Assembly: GCA_951406725.2 (NCBI GenBank)
Contig: OX597816.1
Coordinates: forward strand, 159,650,001-159,714,000
Direction of reading: 5' to 3'
From: Octopus vulgaris
Lineage: Eukaryota
DNA: 64,000 nt
Position 1 is the first letter of the stretch. Each line of letters opens with the position of its first letter. This document shows positions 50,347 through 63,548 of this stretch, one piece after another. Both the position numbers and the translations under genes were made by a program. Below the pieces are notes generated by a model, which saw only the letters and a program-made list of their open reading frames with translations, was not told the origin of the DNA and did no database searches.

Positions 50347-50576
50347 CTAACCCTTTAGTATTCAGATTATTCTCTCAAATGTAACACTTATTGCTTCATA
50401 TTGTTTTGAATTGATCAAGCATTATTTTGTTACATCGAGATTTTGATAACGTGAGAGTTTATTGTTAAAATGACATTATAGGGTAGGCGGAGAGAGGCCA
50501 GATCTGGCCAGTCTGAATGTAAAACTTGTAGAATCATTTGGCTGGATATGTCCAGTTCAAATATTAAAGGGCTAAG
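50347..50576. mobile_element. TTAA-flanked MITE family 1 (opposite orientation)
   Basis: ctaaccctttag...taaagggctaa; reverse complement of 4707-4939. Confidence 0.65.
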
Positions 50577-51335
50577 CCTTTTGAACTATTGTTAACTTTT
50601 GGTTAGGCTCACTCCCTTTCTGCCCATATACTGGTCACAAAGAGGGTTTTTCTCTCTATTTTCTATTTCATAATTTTGTGTTTTACTTTCACTTTTTCTT
50701 GTGTTCTTCACTTTACTATTATCGTTCCCTTATCTTAACCTCTTCCTTCAATCTAATTAAATTCCATTTTATACTTTATTTCTTACTTTTTTTTCATGTT
50801 GTCTTATATTAAGCAGTTTAGTGTTACTTAGTTCTGAGTATTTATTACTACTCAACCTGGATACTTTACATCATGATCTTCCTTCTGTGTATGCATGATA
50901 GTATATCCTATCTGTATTAGATTTAGTTTAATGGGTTCAGAATGTTGCAAGTAGTATTCTAGTTTTCCTATCTAATCTCCTAAGTTCATTTAACTTCCAG
51001 TTATATTCAAGTTGTAGTTTATGACTGGGATGGTTAAGCATTTATACCTGTAATCTTGTATCTTGTATCTTGTTCTGTTCTTAATACTAGTCTGACACTT
51101 CTGCTATACATTTTTCTGTTGTTTTTTTTGTTCATTTTTTAATTATTTTTTTCTCTGTATGTTGTATCTTTTTCAGTTTCATCTACTCTTGAGTACTTGT
51201 ATGGGTAGTTCTGTTCTAATTCTTTGATTTCAGTATCTAAATTTAACTCAATGTTTTAGTTTTTTTTTTTGTTTTTGTCTTTTTCACTGTTTTTGCTCTG
51301 GCACATTTAACTAGTCTTGTAGGTGTGTGTGTGTG

Positions 51336-51371
<36 letters not shown>

Positions 51372-51619
51372 TAGGTATGGTTATTAGTTTACATGTTGGA
51401 TTCTGATGCCTGTTTGTGGTGTTTATCTGTAGATTTAAACTAGTATTTTTACAGGTTCTTAAGTTAAACATTTGATTCTGGAATTGTTAGGGGTTTCCAG
51501 TCAGTGTATTTCATACCACTTTGGATTGTACTGATTTAGGGTTATTTATTTGATGGAGGTAGTTTTTCAGTGAGAAGTTTGATGACTTACCTTGTTAATT
51601 TAATAATATAGGGTCTATG

Positions 51620-52370
51620 GTACAAGTGTGGCTGTGTGATAAGAAGTTTGGTTCCAGGTTCAGTCCCTCTGCATCACACCTTGGGCAAGTGTCTTCTACT
51701 ATAGCCTCAGGCCAACCAAAACTTTGTGAGTGGATTTGGTAGATGAAAGCTGAAAGAAACCCATTGAGTATATATGCCAGTGTTGCATGTCTGGTCCATT
51801 TTAAAGTACCCTTGATGCGTCGGGCAATATGATATGCTTGGTAAGACCTGTTGAGTCAAGTAAAACCAAAATTGTAGCTGTGGCCAGTGGCCCCTGACTC
51901 TCTCCCATTCTGGTGGCACGTAAAATGTATCATCGGAACGTGGTCAATGACAGGCCCACCTGACTGGCTCCTGTGCTGGTGGCACGTAAAATGCACCCAC
52001 TACACTCTCGGAGTGGTTGGCGTTAGGAAGGGCATCCAACTGTAGAAACATTACCAGATCAGATTGGAACCTGGTGCAGCTGCTGGTTTTCCAGACCTCA
52101 GTCAAACCATCCAACCCATGCCAGCATGGAAAATGGACGTTAAACGATGATGATGATAATGATTGTGTGTGTCATTAAGTCTGTGTTTGTCCCCCACCAC
52201 TGCTTGATGACCAGTGTTAGTGTGTTTAGCAGTTCAGCTAAAAGACTGATAAAATAAGTACCAGGCTTATACAAAAAAGTCCTGGGGTCAATTCATTCAA
52301 CTGAAAATTTTTCAAGGTGGTGCCCCAGCAAGGTCACAGTCTAATGGCTGAGACAACTAAAATATAAAAA
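51620..52370 (+). mobile_element. SINE B1 with an RTE 3'-UTR copy (~51775-52162) inserted at its central microsatellite
   Basis: B head 51620-51770, RTE UTR ending taaacgatgatg, then the B1 body and tail resume. Confidence 0.75.
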
Positions 52371-52599
52371 TGTCATTGCTGAATTCAAGTATAGTCTCTA
52401 GTAACTTTCCCAGTTGGTGTTGCCTCTAGTCTATCATTTTATATCATCATATAAAGGATATAGTTTATAGTTTGTTCACAGCATTTGTATATGTGGCTGG
52501 TTTGTTTCGATAAATTTGCAACATGTCTCTGTAATATATCTTCATCTGCTGTTCTTGTGACCATAAGAAAACAATTCCTCTTATTATTAGTTAGAGTGA

Positions 52600-53035
52600 T
52601 AAGGCAATGAGCTGGCAGAATCGTTAGCACACTGAACAAAATTCTATGTTCAAATCCCACCAATGTTGACTTTGCCTTCATCCTTTCAGGGTCAATGAAA
52701 TAAGTATCAGTTACACACTGGGGTTGATGTAATTGACTGGCACCCTGCTCTCCGCCACCCCTTTCCACCTACAACTACATTTCAGGCCTTGTGCCTATTG
52801 TAGAAAGAATTGTTATTTAGGGTGATGAAGGCAGCAGGTTGGCATAATTGTTAGTATATCCTACAAAGTGCTTAACAACATTCCTTTGTCCTCTTAATGT
52901 GCTGAGCTCAAATCCTGCTGAGCTCTACTTTTCTTTTCATCCCCCCAGTGTCAATAACAAAGTTCCAGTCAAGGACTCGGTTCGATGTAATCGACTTACC
53001 CCTCCCACTAAAATTGCCAACATTTGAAACCATTA
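52600..53035 (+). mobile_element. Two tandem SINE family C copies
   Basis: gagctggcagaatcgttagcac...gactttgccttcatcctttcagggtc; the second copy starts at ~52830. Confidence 0.7.
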
Positions 53036-54439
53036 TCTAGGGTGATCTTGGTTTGTGGGATTCCCTAATTGGCCCTTGATAGGGTCAATCCCAGAGGATT
53101 GTATCATTCATGTTTTCATGTAGTTTGTAAACTAAATCATTTTCTGATTCATTATTTCCTTTCTCCTCATCCCATTTTATATAACCCACCTACAACACAC
53201 ACACACTCCATGTGTAACGTGTCTTTGCATGTCTCTCTTCTAGTGCTTCCGTTGTTGTTTTTGTAGATTGAAGCAAATGGATATCTAAGTCAGGAGCTCC
53301 CTATAAAAAAAAAAAAAACGTAATTTCTAACCTGGTTAACTTATGACTAACAAAAGATTCTGTACTGTTTGAGAGTCTACCCATTAAAACCTGCAGTGTA
53401 AAGAAATGTTTGTCTTCAGACATTTTAAACTGTGTATATATATTGTTTTTTTTTTTTTTAATGAAATAGTCATTTGTATTGTTGTGATTCAAAATGGCTT
53501 CAGGAACAGTAAGGAAGAGATGCTCACCATTGTGATAGCGACTGTAACCTCAATCATGTAAACAAACATGCTTCTAAATTATTTTCAAGCAAAACAGTAA
53601 AACAATAAAAAGTGACAAATCAAACAGAGCTTCGAGTTTAAACAAAGGAATTATTTAAGCTTAAAGATACAAAAAAGATTTAGTGTTGAAAACATTAATT
53701 CGAATGGGGAAAACAATAGAAACAGCAGCAGCAGCAGCAACAATATTAGTTTTGTAAACATCATTGGACCAATGGAGTGGCTCAACTTGAGCTGGGTCAA
53801 GGTAAAAGAGAAGGAATGGACAAGGAATGTACAGAAAGACCAAGTCTTTCCTTGTCTAAAGAATTTACTTAACAAAGAGTGAAGAGTAAGGTGACATGCT
53901 TCTGTTTTTCAAATAACAAGCAGACATTCTATACGCCCTCAAAAGAAGAGCTGGGGCGAAACCTTGTTCAATGTGTGACAGGATGTGCGTGATGTTGGCC
54001 ATAGTAGAACATATGGAAGTTTTTGTGTCTGGTCTTGAGTGAGAATCAAGTGAGGAGACAAGTAGAGCTAATATGTCAAACACTTATGGCTAATACTGAA
54101 ATGTATAGCTTTCTGGAATATGAAGATTACAATTAGGATATTGGCACAGATGTTGGATTTTGTGTTCTACAATATTACAATTATGTGTGGGAGACTCTTG
54201 CAACTACACTTGTACATGTGTGGTGTGTATTGACCTCCACAGGGTTATCACAAAAATTGTACCCTATTAAAGATCAGAAAAATGGTCAGTTCAACTAGTG
54301 GTGTCAGGGAAGAATGCTCAGTTGCTAAATGTATGATGACGATGATGTATGGTAAAGACTACGTGAAAATCTTCTGCTTAGAAATAAAAAGAAATAGGAA
54401 AGAGAAAAAACAGAGGAGCAGATAGTAACAGTGATAGAA

Positions 54440-55135
54440 ATAACAACAGAGTTCTGGGACCATGGCTGAAGCTATCAGTGGTTCCAGAGTATCACTGTTT
54501 GTAGCTCTGAGAATGTCCAAAGAGAAAGCAAATGAAATTTCATGTTCAAAGTCACCAGGTCCAGAGGCTGATGAGAAGGCAAAGTACTAAGAAGCTGATT
54601 GGTTAAATCCTCCATCATAGGACAGGTTAAAGGTTTAGGGCAGTTGTAGTTTGTCCCCAATGTTTAGTGGTATGGTGGGGAAGGAGATAGAGCCAGGGGA
54701 AGGGTGTGAAACTGTCAGTCATGGATAGTAAAACAAAACAGAAAAAAATAAGATACAAGAAATGCAAAATGAGTCCAGATAAAAGGTATGTAGGAGACTG
54801 ACAGCCTCTTATAAAGAAGTTCCCATCTTAGTGGAGCGCTTTGGTTTCACAGTTTACTAAATTGTGAAGATTTGATGTAATTGCTGAACGAGCGGAACGA
54901 GAATGCGGGAGGATTATATCAAAGAGAAGGGGGAAGATTACATTAAAAATAAATGAAAAAAAAAGGGAGATAATGACAGACCAGGGAAGTAGTTTGTAAA
55001 AAAATTCCACTTCCCTCATTATGTAAGAGACTTTGGAGTTTGTCCAAACTTGAAGAAAATTTAGAAGACTCAGTTTGCTGATGGTGATCAGAGTAGAATG
55101 TGGTCTTAGCTGTAGGGTGGTCTGATCGTATCAAG
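54440..55135 (-). mobile_element. Possible decayed LINE 3' fragments
   Basis: Weak translated resemblance to the CR1/Jockey C-terminal region (LDKLQ...SLV..LPFFF.YF...FFIR). Confidence 0.3.
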
Positions 55136-56929
55136 GTGGTAGTTTCTTGTTCTTTGTGGGTGGGTTTCCTTTATTTGTTTATATGACTAAATTTTGGACT
55201 TATTTTAAAATACTGGATTGCATTCTCCTACCCCAGCATGTTTTGTCCAACCTTTGGCAGCATGGAAAACATTAAACAATGATGATGATACCCACACAAA
55301 TTGTAAACTGCCTTTATAACATTCCCATTATCTGACCCCTCTGTGGAAAATAAATTGTCATCATCATTATTATGACAGGAAGCTGAAGTACCAGTCAGGC
55401 ACTGTAATTGATGTAATCAATTATCCCTCTCTAAATTAGGAATTTAGGAAATTAGGAAATTAAGAATAATTATTATCATTATTATTGTTACTGAGTGAGA
55501 GAGCAGCACATGCCATCGAAATGATGCTGTGGTACAAAATATACAAATCTCAAGATACCCATCATAACTACCCATCTGATAAGAGTACACCAGGCACATA
55601 CCTCACAACCAAATGTGTGCAACATGGTGATCTCATATAAATAGTACATGACTTTGCAAATGGGGGCCCAGTTAGAATTTTCTTCAGGTCAAGTAACTAT
55701 CCCATTCAAGAGGTACCTGAATAAGGATGATGTCCAAAACGCCCATGTTTCCAGGGGTGAATTATTCAAATCCCAAAGAATTCTTCTCAACACATGACTA
55801 TGACACTCTTGCTCATGATCATAGATGCACATATTGTCAGCTACTAAGGGACATACTTAACTGGTTATGGTCATGCAACTGACTTTGTCTTTCATCCTTT
55901 CAGGGTTGATAAAATAAGCACCATTTTTGCACTGGAGTCAATTTAATTGATTATCCCCTTCCCCCAAATTTCAGGCCCTCTGCCTATAGTAGAAAGAATT
56001 CAGTTTGTTCACTCAACATATTGTTGCTCCTACAAAATTAGGTATCCTAGCACTGGTTTTTTATTTTAGTTCTTGCTGTGCAAAACAAGCAAGTTTTCTG
56101 TAGAGTCAAGATTATTATCATTGTCATTATTATGCGACTATTTTAGAGATGCTGTAGCTTTGTTGGGTGACAAAAGGCTGTGTTATGTTAAGTCAGAAAA
56201 AATTCAAAGAAGTAATGAGAAGTATTGGGGAGGTTGGATTTCAAGATGTTGAGTCTCACAGATGATAGGATACAGGATTGAAAAGATTAGCAGTATGCTA
56301 TAGTGCAGATTCTTATGACCCAAGCTGGTGTGGAGAAATAGATTCTAAAATGCTGATGATGATGATAATGATGATGAGGAGGATGATGATATTCCAATCA
56401 GTATGTATTTGAGTGTGTGTATATGTGTGTATATATTTATATACGTGCATGCTTGCACATTAACTTATAGTAAGACTCCACCCAAATATGTACCTTCAGA
56501 AATCAATAAGTATCTTTTACATATATCTTCTCTCTATCTCTTGCTTTTGGATTATCTACGAGCTTTTCTAATCTTTATCAGATTATTCTCTAAACCAGCA
56601 ACACTCTACTTTATGTTTTAGTTGTTAATCTGGTTGTATGTATAATAGTGGAAGAGGAGCTAGATTAGAGTAACGTGATAATCCATTCAGTTTGTCCTTG
56701 ATGTAGTATAGCTATGTCCAAGGTTGTTTTGTCATTTAAATCTGGTAATCATTAATAATGGTATGTATTGGGCTGTATTTATTGGTGAATTAGGAATGCC
56801 TGGCTATGGGTGTTTGCAAATTGAGACATTGATTGCAAAGAAGAAAAAAATTACTGTTTTCAGTGAGGAAAATCTCTCTTCTATTTTCTGTTTACCACTC
56901 ACCTCTTTTCTATTAAATGCTGCTTGGAC

Positions 56930-57120
56930 CAGCAGTTCTTAACCGTAGCTCCCAAGGCTGCATGTGTCCCTCAAGCATCCTCCCTTCTTCTCTCTATAAA
57001 CATAATAATTTTTTTCGCCTATTGACTTGTGTTTTTACTGTTTTTTGGTGCTGCTCCCTAAAACAAAAGAAGTCCAGGTTTTGGATCTGGCCTGGATATT
57101 AAAAAGGTTGGGACCCACTG
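56930..57120. mobile_element. hAT-Charlie-like MITE, decayed
   Basis: TIR-like cagcagttcttaacc / ggttgggacccactg; TSD poorly preserved. Confidence 0.45.
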
Positions 57121-57399
57121 GTTTTAACTGTTTCCTTTATATGAAATTAAGATGGTGAGATTGGTGTTATTGACATTATACTAATTTTATATTTTTGCAT
57201 GGCTTAGTTAGAAGAAGGGCATCATGCATGATCTTTGGTGGGGAGAAGTTGAAACTGGTAGGAGTTAGAGGCCAATATCTTCAGACTGGAGACCTGGCTC
57301 AAATGTTTGTTAAAGAGTGGACCCTGGAAAAGATACTCAAAAATCAGGTAGTAATACTGAACCAAGGGACATATGAAGTCTTCTGCTTTAGTATTAGAC

Positions 57400-57872
57400 T
57401 TAATCTTTTCGTTACTGAATTTGTTTTGAGATGCTCTGTGTTTCTTTCTATTAATTTTAAATATAATAAAGAATTTAGTAAAAAAACTCAGTTATCATTA
57501 AGCTAATGTTAGGAACATAAATTGTGACTCAGGTTCGGTGGAAGATTTTAATTCAAAACTTATGAAAACAAAACATTTGTACTACAGAGCCAGAAGCGGT
57601 TTCAGTCAGGTTGGTATCAAAAGGATTAAGAATTGTTTCTCTATTATATATTTTAACTATTTTGTTACTGTATTTCTGTTGAGATGCTCTGTGTTTCTTT
57701 CAATTACTTTAAATATAACAAAGAATTTAGTAAAATAACTTAGTTATCATTAAGCTAGTGTTGGGAACATAAATTGTGACTAAGGTTTGGTGGAAGATTT
57801 TAATTCAGAACTTATGAAAACAGGACATTTGTACTATAGAGCCAGAGGCGGATTCGGCTGGGTTGGTGTTTT
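57400..57872. mobile_element. Two tandem copies of TTAA-flanked MITE family 2
   Basis: ttaatcttttcgttac...caaaaggattaa (57400-57629); a second copy spans ~57653-57870. Confidence 0.75.
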
Positions 57873-57904
57873 AAACTTCAATTTTATTATTATTATTTTT
57901 CTAG

Positions 57905-58122
57905 GGTAGGAAGCCGGCAGAGTCATTACTGCACTGGACAAAATGCTTATAGTGACATTTCTTCTGACTTTACATTCTAAGTTCAAATGTCACTGAGGTT
58001 GATTTTGCATTTCATCTTTTCGGGGTTGATAAAATAAGTACCAGTTAAGCACTGAGGTCAATGTAATCAATTTGTTCCCTTCTCCAAAATTCCAGGCCTT
58101 GTGTTTGTAGTAGAAAGGATTA
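57905..58122 (+). mobile_element. SINE family C
   Basis: gttcaaat...ttcatcttttcggggttgataaaataagtaccagtt. Confidence 0.75.
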
Positions 58123-58129
58123 TTACTAT

Positions 58130-58800
58130 TTCATTGAGTCTCTTGTTTCCATCTAATATTACCAAGCCCAAATCATTCTCCTCAGGTTATACGAGGTTGA
58201 TGTTACTTTTAAGACTGCATCCTCTGTAGTTTGTGCTGTTCCTAAGAAGATTTGCCTTTTTGTTTTCTTGATTTCTTGAAATGTTTCCTTAGATTTTGTT
58301 GGTGAAATTTCCTAGTCCTTTTTTGATTAACCCAGGTCCTTTTATCACTACCCATATGGTTTGGGTGATCATGTCCCACTTTCCAGAGATTGAAATCTCT
58401 GGAAAGTTTTTTTTTTGTCTGGATTTAACTGAAGTGTTTTAAACAGCTGGTATTGTCATGTCATATAAGGCGGCGAGCTGGCAGAGGCGTTAGCATGTCA
58501 GGCCAAATGCGTAGCCGTATTTCGTCTGCCGTTATGTTCTTGAGCTCAAATTCTGCCGAGGTCGACTTTGCCTTTCATCCTTTCGGGGTCGATAAATTAA
58601 GTACCAGTTACGCACTGGGGTCGATATAATCGGCTTAATCCTTTTGTCTGTCCTTGTTTGTCCTCTCTGTGTTTAGTCCCTTGTGGGTAGTAAAGAAATT
58701 GGTATTGTCATGCCAATCTTTTATCTTTGGAGTTTTAATTATGGTTTTATCTTTGGAATTTTAATTATGACGTTTGGCATGTTTGCTTTCTTTTCCCTAT
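58130..58800 (-). mobile_element. Second, distinct Dong/R4-like RLE 3' fragment (split by a SINE)
   Basis: KANMPNVIIK...DMTIPA...ISGKWDMITQTIWVVIKGPGLIKKGL...LLGTA fits the RLE RPD..IDxxxP...W..VVIGALG..LGT pattern. Confidence 0.6.
58466..58699 (+). mobile_element. SINE family C, young full-length copy
   Basis: CpG-rich; TSD tggtattgtcatgtca (58448-58463) / tggtattgtcatgcca (58700-58715). Confidence 0.9.
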
Positions 58801-59254
58801 TGTCGTCATCACCATTATCATTACTATTAATACACAAGAGCTAACAAGGGAGTCCAATCTTCAATCAGGGCTGACTCAGTGTTCAACAATAACAACACTG
58901 GACAGGTGGGAGGAATATGAATAAAATATTTAATAATAATATCAATAAGAGATGTATTCTTAATACATTCTGGTAGATTCAAACATAAATATCTTATCAC
59001 TGTGGCTTTCCATTGATGAAGAACACCTCTTCCCTTTAGATACTATGAGTTCATAAAACACACAATTCACTGGTATAAGTCCCCTTATGCCTGGAAATTG
59101 CAAGTGTTATTGAACACACTGTCTATAAAGGAAGGAGATATTTTTTCAATGATGAAAAATGACTACAATCAAATATTCATATTCAAATCTACCAGAACAT
59201 TATTAAGAATAAATAGATATATTATTGTTTGGATTCTTACTGTTTTGCATGAAA

Positions 59255-59745
59255 TAATCTTTTCTACTTTAGGTACAAGACCTGAAATTTTGGGGAAGGA
59301 GCTAGTTGATTACATCGACCCTAGTGCTCAACTGGCACTTACAGTGGCAGACTGGGTCCAAAAATATTGGTTGCCAGGAGACTATTGTGCTATCATTTAA
59401 TTTTTTTTGTTAAAAGTATTCTTTTCAACTATCTACAAACACAGTCAGGCTGAAATAATTAATGCATTCTTCCAGAAGTGAATAAAAAATTCGCTAACTT
59501 GAGGGGATGGGCTCCTTAGATACTAACATGGGCCCTCATATATGGATACTAAAGGCGTCACTTGCTATCGAGCAAGCTTAGCAGCCTGGCCAATCCACCT
59601 CTAGGTACTTATTTTATCAACCCCAAAAAGATGAGAGACAAAGCTGACCTCAGTGAAATTTGATCCTAGAATGTAGAGAGCTGGAAGAAATGCTACCAAG
59701 CATTTTGTCGAGCATGCTAATGAATCTGCCAACTTACCTTCTTAC
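59255..59745 (-). mobile_element. SINE family C split by a hAT MITE
   Basis: Family C sequence on both sides of 59342-59603. Confidence 0.7.
59342..59603. mobile_element. hAT MITE
   Basis: TIRs cagtggcagactgg / ccaatccacctcta; 8-bp TSD ggcactta (59334-59341) / ggtactta (59604-59611). Confidence 0.7.
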
Positions 59746-59965
59746 CCCATGGAATAATAACGTCATTCTACCTAAACCTTACTTGCAGAAATTGTAACAA
59801 AATTTAACCCCTTAGCATTTATGTTACTCTGTATAATGCAATGCTTATTTATTTACCTCGTTTTGCATTAATCATGCATTATTTTGTAATTTTGAGATTT
59901 CGATGAAGAGATTTTGTTGGGTGGGCTAGTTCTGGCTGGTTTGAACATAAAACAGGAAGAATTTA

Positions 59966-60505
59966 AAATAATAATAATAATGAAATTATTGTATACAGTG
60001 CTCAGGTGCACCACAACTTGTCAAAAGTGCGTATAAAGCATATGCAGTAATGTACAAATGTTTGGGAAGTGACTGACTGACTGACTGACTTGACAGCATT
60101 CACCCAGTGTGGGTTGAGCTGGCTTCATTCATCCTCAATGCTGCATCCCTCACAAACGCTGACCAGGCCTGGCGATCTGAGGCTAACGACCGCGTGATCT
60201 CCAACTAGTCCTTATTCTAGCAGCAAACGCTGTAGATATGGGGGCCTAGGTTGGGTTCCAGATAAGCCTTGACTGTCATCAGCCAGGTTTTTTGTTGTCC
60301 GTCCTTCAGATATTCTTCATGTATATCTGTCTGGAAAGTGAACAGTGTATGAGTCAGATACATGCTTGCGTGTGTATGCAGGGGAGAAAATCAGGTGTAG
60401 TGTTGGTGATTCTCAGGAAGCATGGAAGTTTTGAAGGATGCAGTGCTCGGACAACTAACAACTGATGCCGGCAGTTTGTTCCATGCTTCAGCAACTCTTA
60501 GCGTG
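59966..60505 (-). mobile_element. CR1-group LINE 3' end
   Basis: TLRVAEAWNKLPASVVSCPSTASFKTSM fits the RV..WN.LP..VV...FK motif; (ATT)n tail. Confidence 0.8.
60073..60327 (-). mobile_element. RTE-clade LINE 3' end (second RTE family) with (GTCA)n tail
   Basis: GQQKTWLMTVKAYLEPNLGPHIY...LASDRQAWSAFVRD; TSD tgtttgggaagtga (60059-60072) / tgtctggaaagtga (60328-60341). Confidence 0.8.
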
Positions 60506-60929
60506 TGGGCTTCATTCAGCCAGTTTAAATGCTAAAGGGTTAAAATAAGAGCAAAACTATATTTTCTGTTCTTGTGTTGTTCTAAATACTATTTTGTTTT
60601 TATTTACTTTTATCTTTGTTTTGTTCTTTAATTTAATGTAAACAAAAACAAAAAAGACAAACATTCGAAGAAATTATATTTTATCCAATATTTTAATTAA
60701 AGTGGTAATGAGCATACAATGTTCACTAAATAAACAAGGAATAATGTTTGGGTAGCTTCCAGGGAGCAACATCAAGACACCTTTATGGTCCTTGTTTAAA
60801 CAAACTACTCGTAGTATATGCTGATATAGTCTCTTATAACAACTTCCCAACCAGCTGGGAGTCTGATCAGGTAATCACCAGGATCACGTTACATATGTCT
60901 GGTATAAGTTTCTTTCCTCTTTTATCTTT

Positions 60930-61380
60930 CATCTCTTACATGTTTCATTCATTACACTGTGGCCATGCTGGGGCATCGCCTTGAAGAATTTTAGTCAATC
61001 GAATCAACCCCAGTATTTATTTATTTTTTTTAAAGCCTAGATCTTATTCCATTGGTCTCGTTTTCCCAACAGCTAAGTTACAGGGACATAAACACACCAA
61101 ACACTGGTGACGAAGGACAAATACAGACACAAAGGCACAGTTTCCAGCTCTCAAATTCATTCAAAAAGAAGCCCGTTGTATGTGTGGGTGTGTGTCTTTG
61201 TTACTGGTGTTGGTTTGTTTATGTTCATGTAACTTAGTGGTTTAGCAAAAGGGAATGATAAAACAAGTACTGGACCCCAAAAAGAAAAACTATGTATTGG
61301 GATCTATTTGACTAAAACCTTTCAGTACAGTGCTCCAGCTTGGCTACAGTCCAGTAACTGAAACAAATGAAAATAAAAGA
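60930..61380. mobile_element. Two SINE B1 3' parts in opposite orientation
   Basis: Minus copy ~60930-61150; plus copy ~61165-61380. Confidence 0.6.
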
Positions 61381-62094
61381 TTATTTATGCAGTGTAAAAA
61401 GAAAGGGAAAGAAAGAAAGAACTGACCAATTACTGGATTGTTGAATAATTGGAAATGACTCTGACTGCGTTCCAACCAAATTCCAGCTGGATGTAAAAGA
61501 CTGTTCTTTAGCATCCAGAAGGAGCAAACATTTGGTTCTAATTAAGATCTTTGCTTTTGCATCCCTAGTTTCAGGAACATCACAGTGTTGATGTGTGGTG
61601 GCGGTAGTGGTGATGGTGGTGGTAGTGGTGGCGGCAGCAGTGGTGGTGGAGATTTTCTGATTCATAGAATTGCTTAGAAAAGGTTTAATGGATTGTAAAG
61701 CATGAGGAGGAGAAAGAGGCGGAGGAGGGGAAAACAAAGGTTTACAGTTATAATAAAATCCTTGTTGTTGTTGCTGCTGTTGTTGTCTTCTTTTATAACA
61801 ATCATAGCTTCTACTACCACCACCACTAACAACAACAACGTCACTATGTCTCCTAGCACTACCACTACCTTTACATATACTGTCACCATCACTGCTACTG
61901 CTACCATCATACATCATGTACAACTACCATTATTTTACCAGTCATCTCTACTACTATCACCACCATAACTACCTCTACTGTATATATATATATACTTAAT
62001 AGCTACCCCTATTACTACTACATACTGGGAGCCTCTACATAGTCACTCAACCTGCTAGAAATAGCAGCCGTTTCCTTCACACTACATCCTACCA

Positions 62095-62585
62095 CAATGG
62101 TTCTCAACTGGAATCCATATAAGATTTTTTAGGGGTCCACATAATAAAATAGTAAATTAAGAATTCACAATAGTATTTTAAGGGCCCCTGAAAAAATTTT
62201 TTATTTAGGGTGACCCTATCAGTGCAGGTGCCACTTAAAAGCACCCAGTCCACACTATAAAGTGGTTGGTGTTCAGAAGGGCATCCAACTGTAAAAACCA
62301 TGCTGAAACTGACCTTGCCTGTGCTTGTGCCATGTAAAAAGCACTAAGTCCACTCTGCTGAGTGGTTGGTGTTAGGAAGGGCATCCAGCTGTAAAAGTCT
62401 TGCCAAAACAGTCACAGTAGTCTGATGTAGGCTTTTGCCTGGCCAACTCTTGTGAAACTGTCCCACCCATGCTAGTATTTTGAAAGAAGTTTCTATAATT
62501 TTAAACATCAAATGGCTATGGGGCCCCACCAGAATTAAATAGTAATGAAAGGGATCTTTAGATAAAATATGATTGAGAAACCTTG
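62095..62585. mobile_element. hAT-Charlie-like MITE containing an RTE 3'-UTR insertion (~62220-62480)
   Basis: TIRs caatggttctcaac / attgagaaaccttg; TSD tcctacca (62087-62094) / ccctgcca (62586-62593). Confidence 0.65.
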
Positions 62586-63548
62586 CCCTGCCATCTTGAA
62601 AAGGGCATGGTGTAGTGTTGTTCAAAACACATCATTCATAAAATATGATCAGGATGGTCATGGTTGGCATGTTTTTTTTTATCATAGGTCTACTTTAATC
62701 AGAGATGACTTGAAGTTAAACAACAACTAGACCCTGTTGTTGCTGCTGCAACTATTCTGGGAGGGCCTGCAAAGGTTTCTCTTCAGTTGACTTAATTCAT
62801 AAAATCAAATTGTTTTGTCACAAGTATCTTTGATTATTTTTTACCTAGCAAAGTGTCCTCCTTCCACACCATCCATATTGTATATATGTATAGGTATATG
62901 CACATATATAAACATCAGCTTGGATGACACTGTACTCAACTGACAGAGGAAAGTGTCCGATCAAATTGATTATGTAAACAGAATTCTTTTCCGCTTATTC
63001 TGATCGGAACCTTTGATACGGAGTATCGAAATTTTATTCCCTTTCACACTTACAAAATGTCAAGCAAACTTTAAAATTTGTCGTTACTGTTATTGTCAAT
63101 ATGAGCAGAACTTATGAATCGTTTGCTGTGAAGGAGAAACTGAATATGTGCTCCATTGCGATAGGTAGAAACTCCAAGGAATGTAAAATATGGCCTGGAC
63201 TATGTTTACCAGCATGAACGTCAGACTTCAAAAACTATTTAACCATTTAGTGGTTTTAGTAAATTTCTTCAGAAAAAGTATTATACTGTCCAGTATAAGT
63301 AAAAGTCAACTCCATTATGTGTATTTAAGCTATTATTTTTTCTGTAAAAACCAATTCTGACTTTAAATGAGTCAACTTCTTGTTTAAATTTTTATGTTTT
63401 GTACATCTTTTTTCAACAAAAAAAATTACAAAGAAAATTCTAGAAATGATCTACTCATGTAATTTATGCACTTCCTAAAGTTTATTTTTATTTTTGCAAA
63501 ATAAAAGTGCATAAATTACGTGGGTTTTTACAGTATATACATACATGT

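Larger units (their letters stand above)
59804..60543. mobile_element. TTAA-flanked MITE family 1 carrying nested LINE fragments
   Basis: ttaaccccttagcattt ... aaatgctaaagggttaa ends. Confidence 0.7.

Noticed and set aside
61381-61923. 180-aa ORF with poly-Q/poly-T
   Set aside because: Mostly trinucleotide low-complexity sequence; no domain or splice support.
63006-63040. ggaa...gatacggagtatcgaaa...ttcc as a hammerhead
   Set aside because: The hairpin and GAAA are present, but there is no CUGANGA core.
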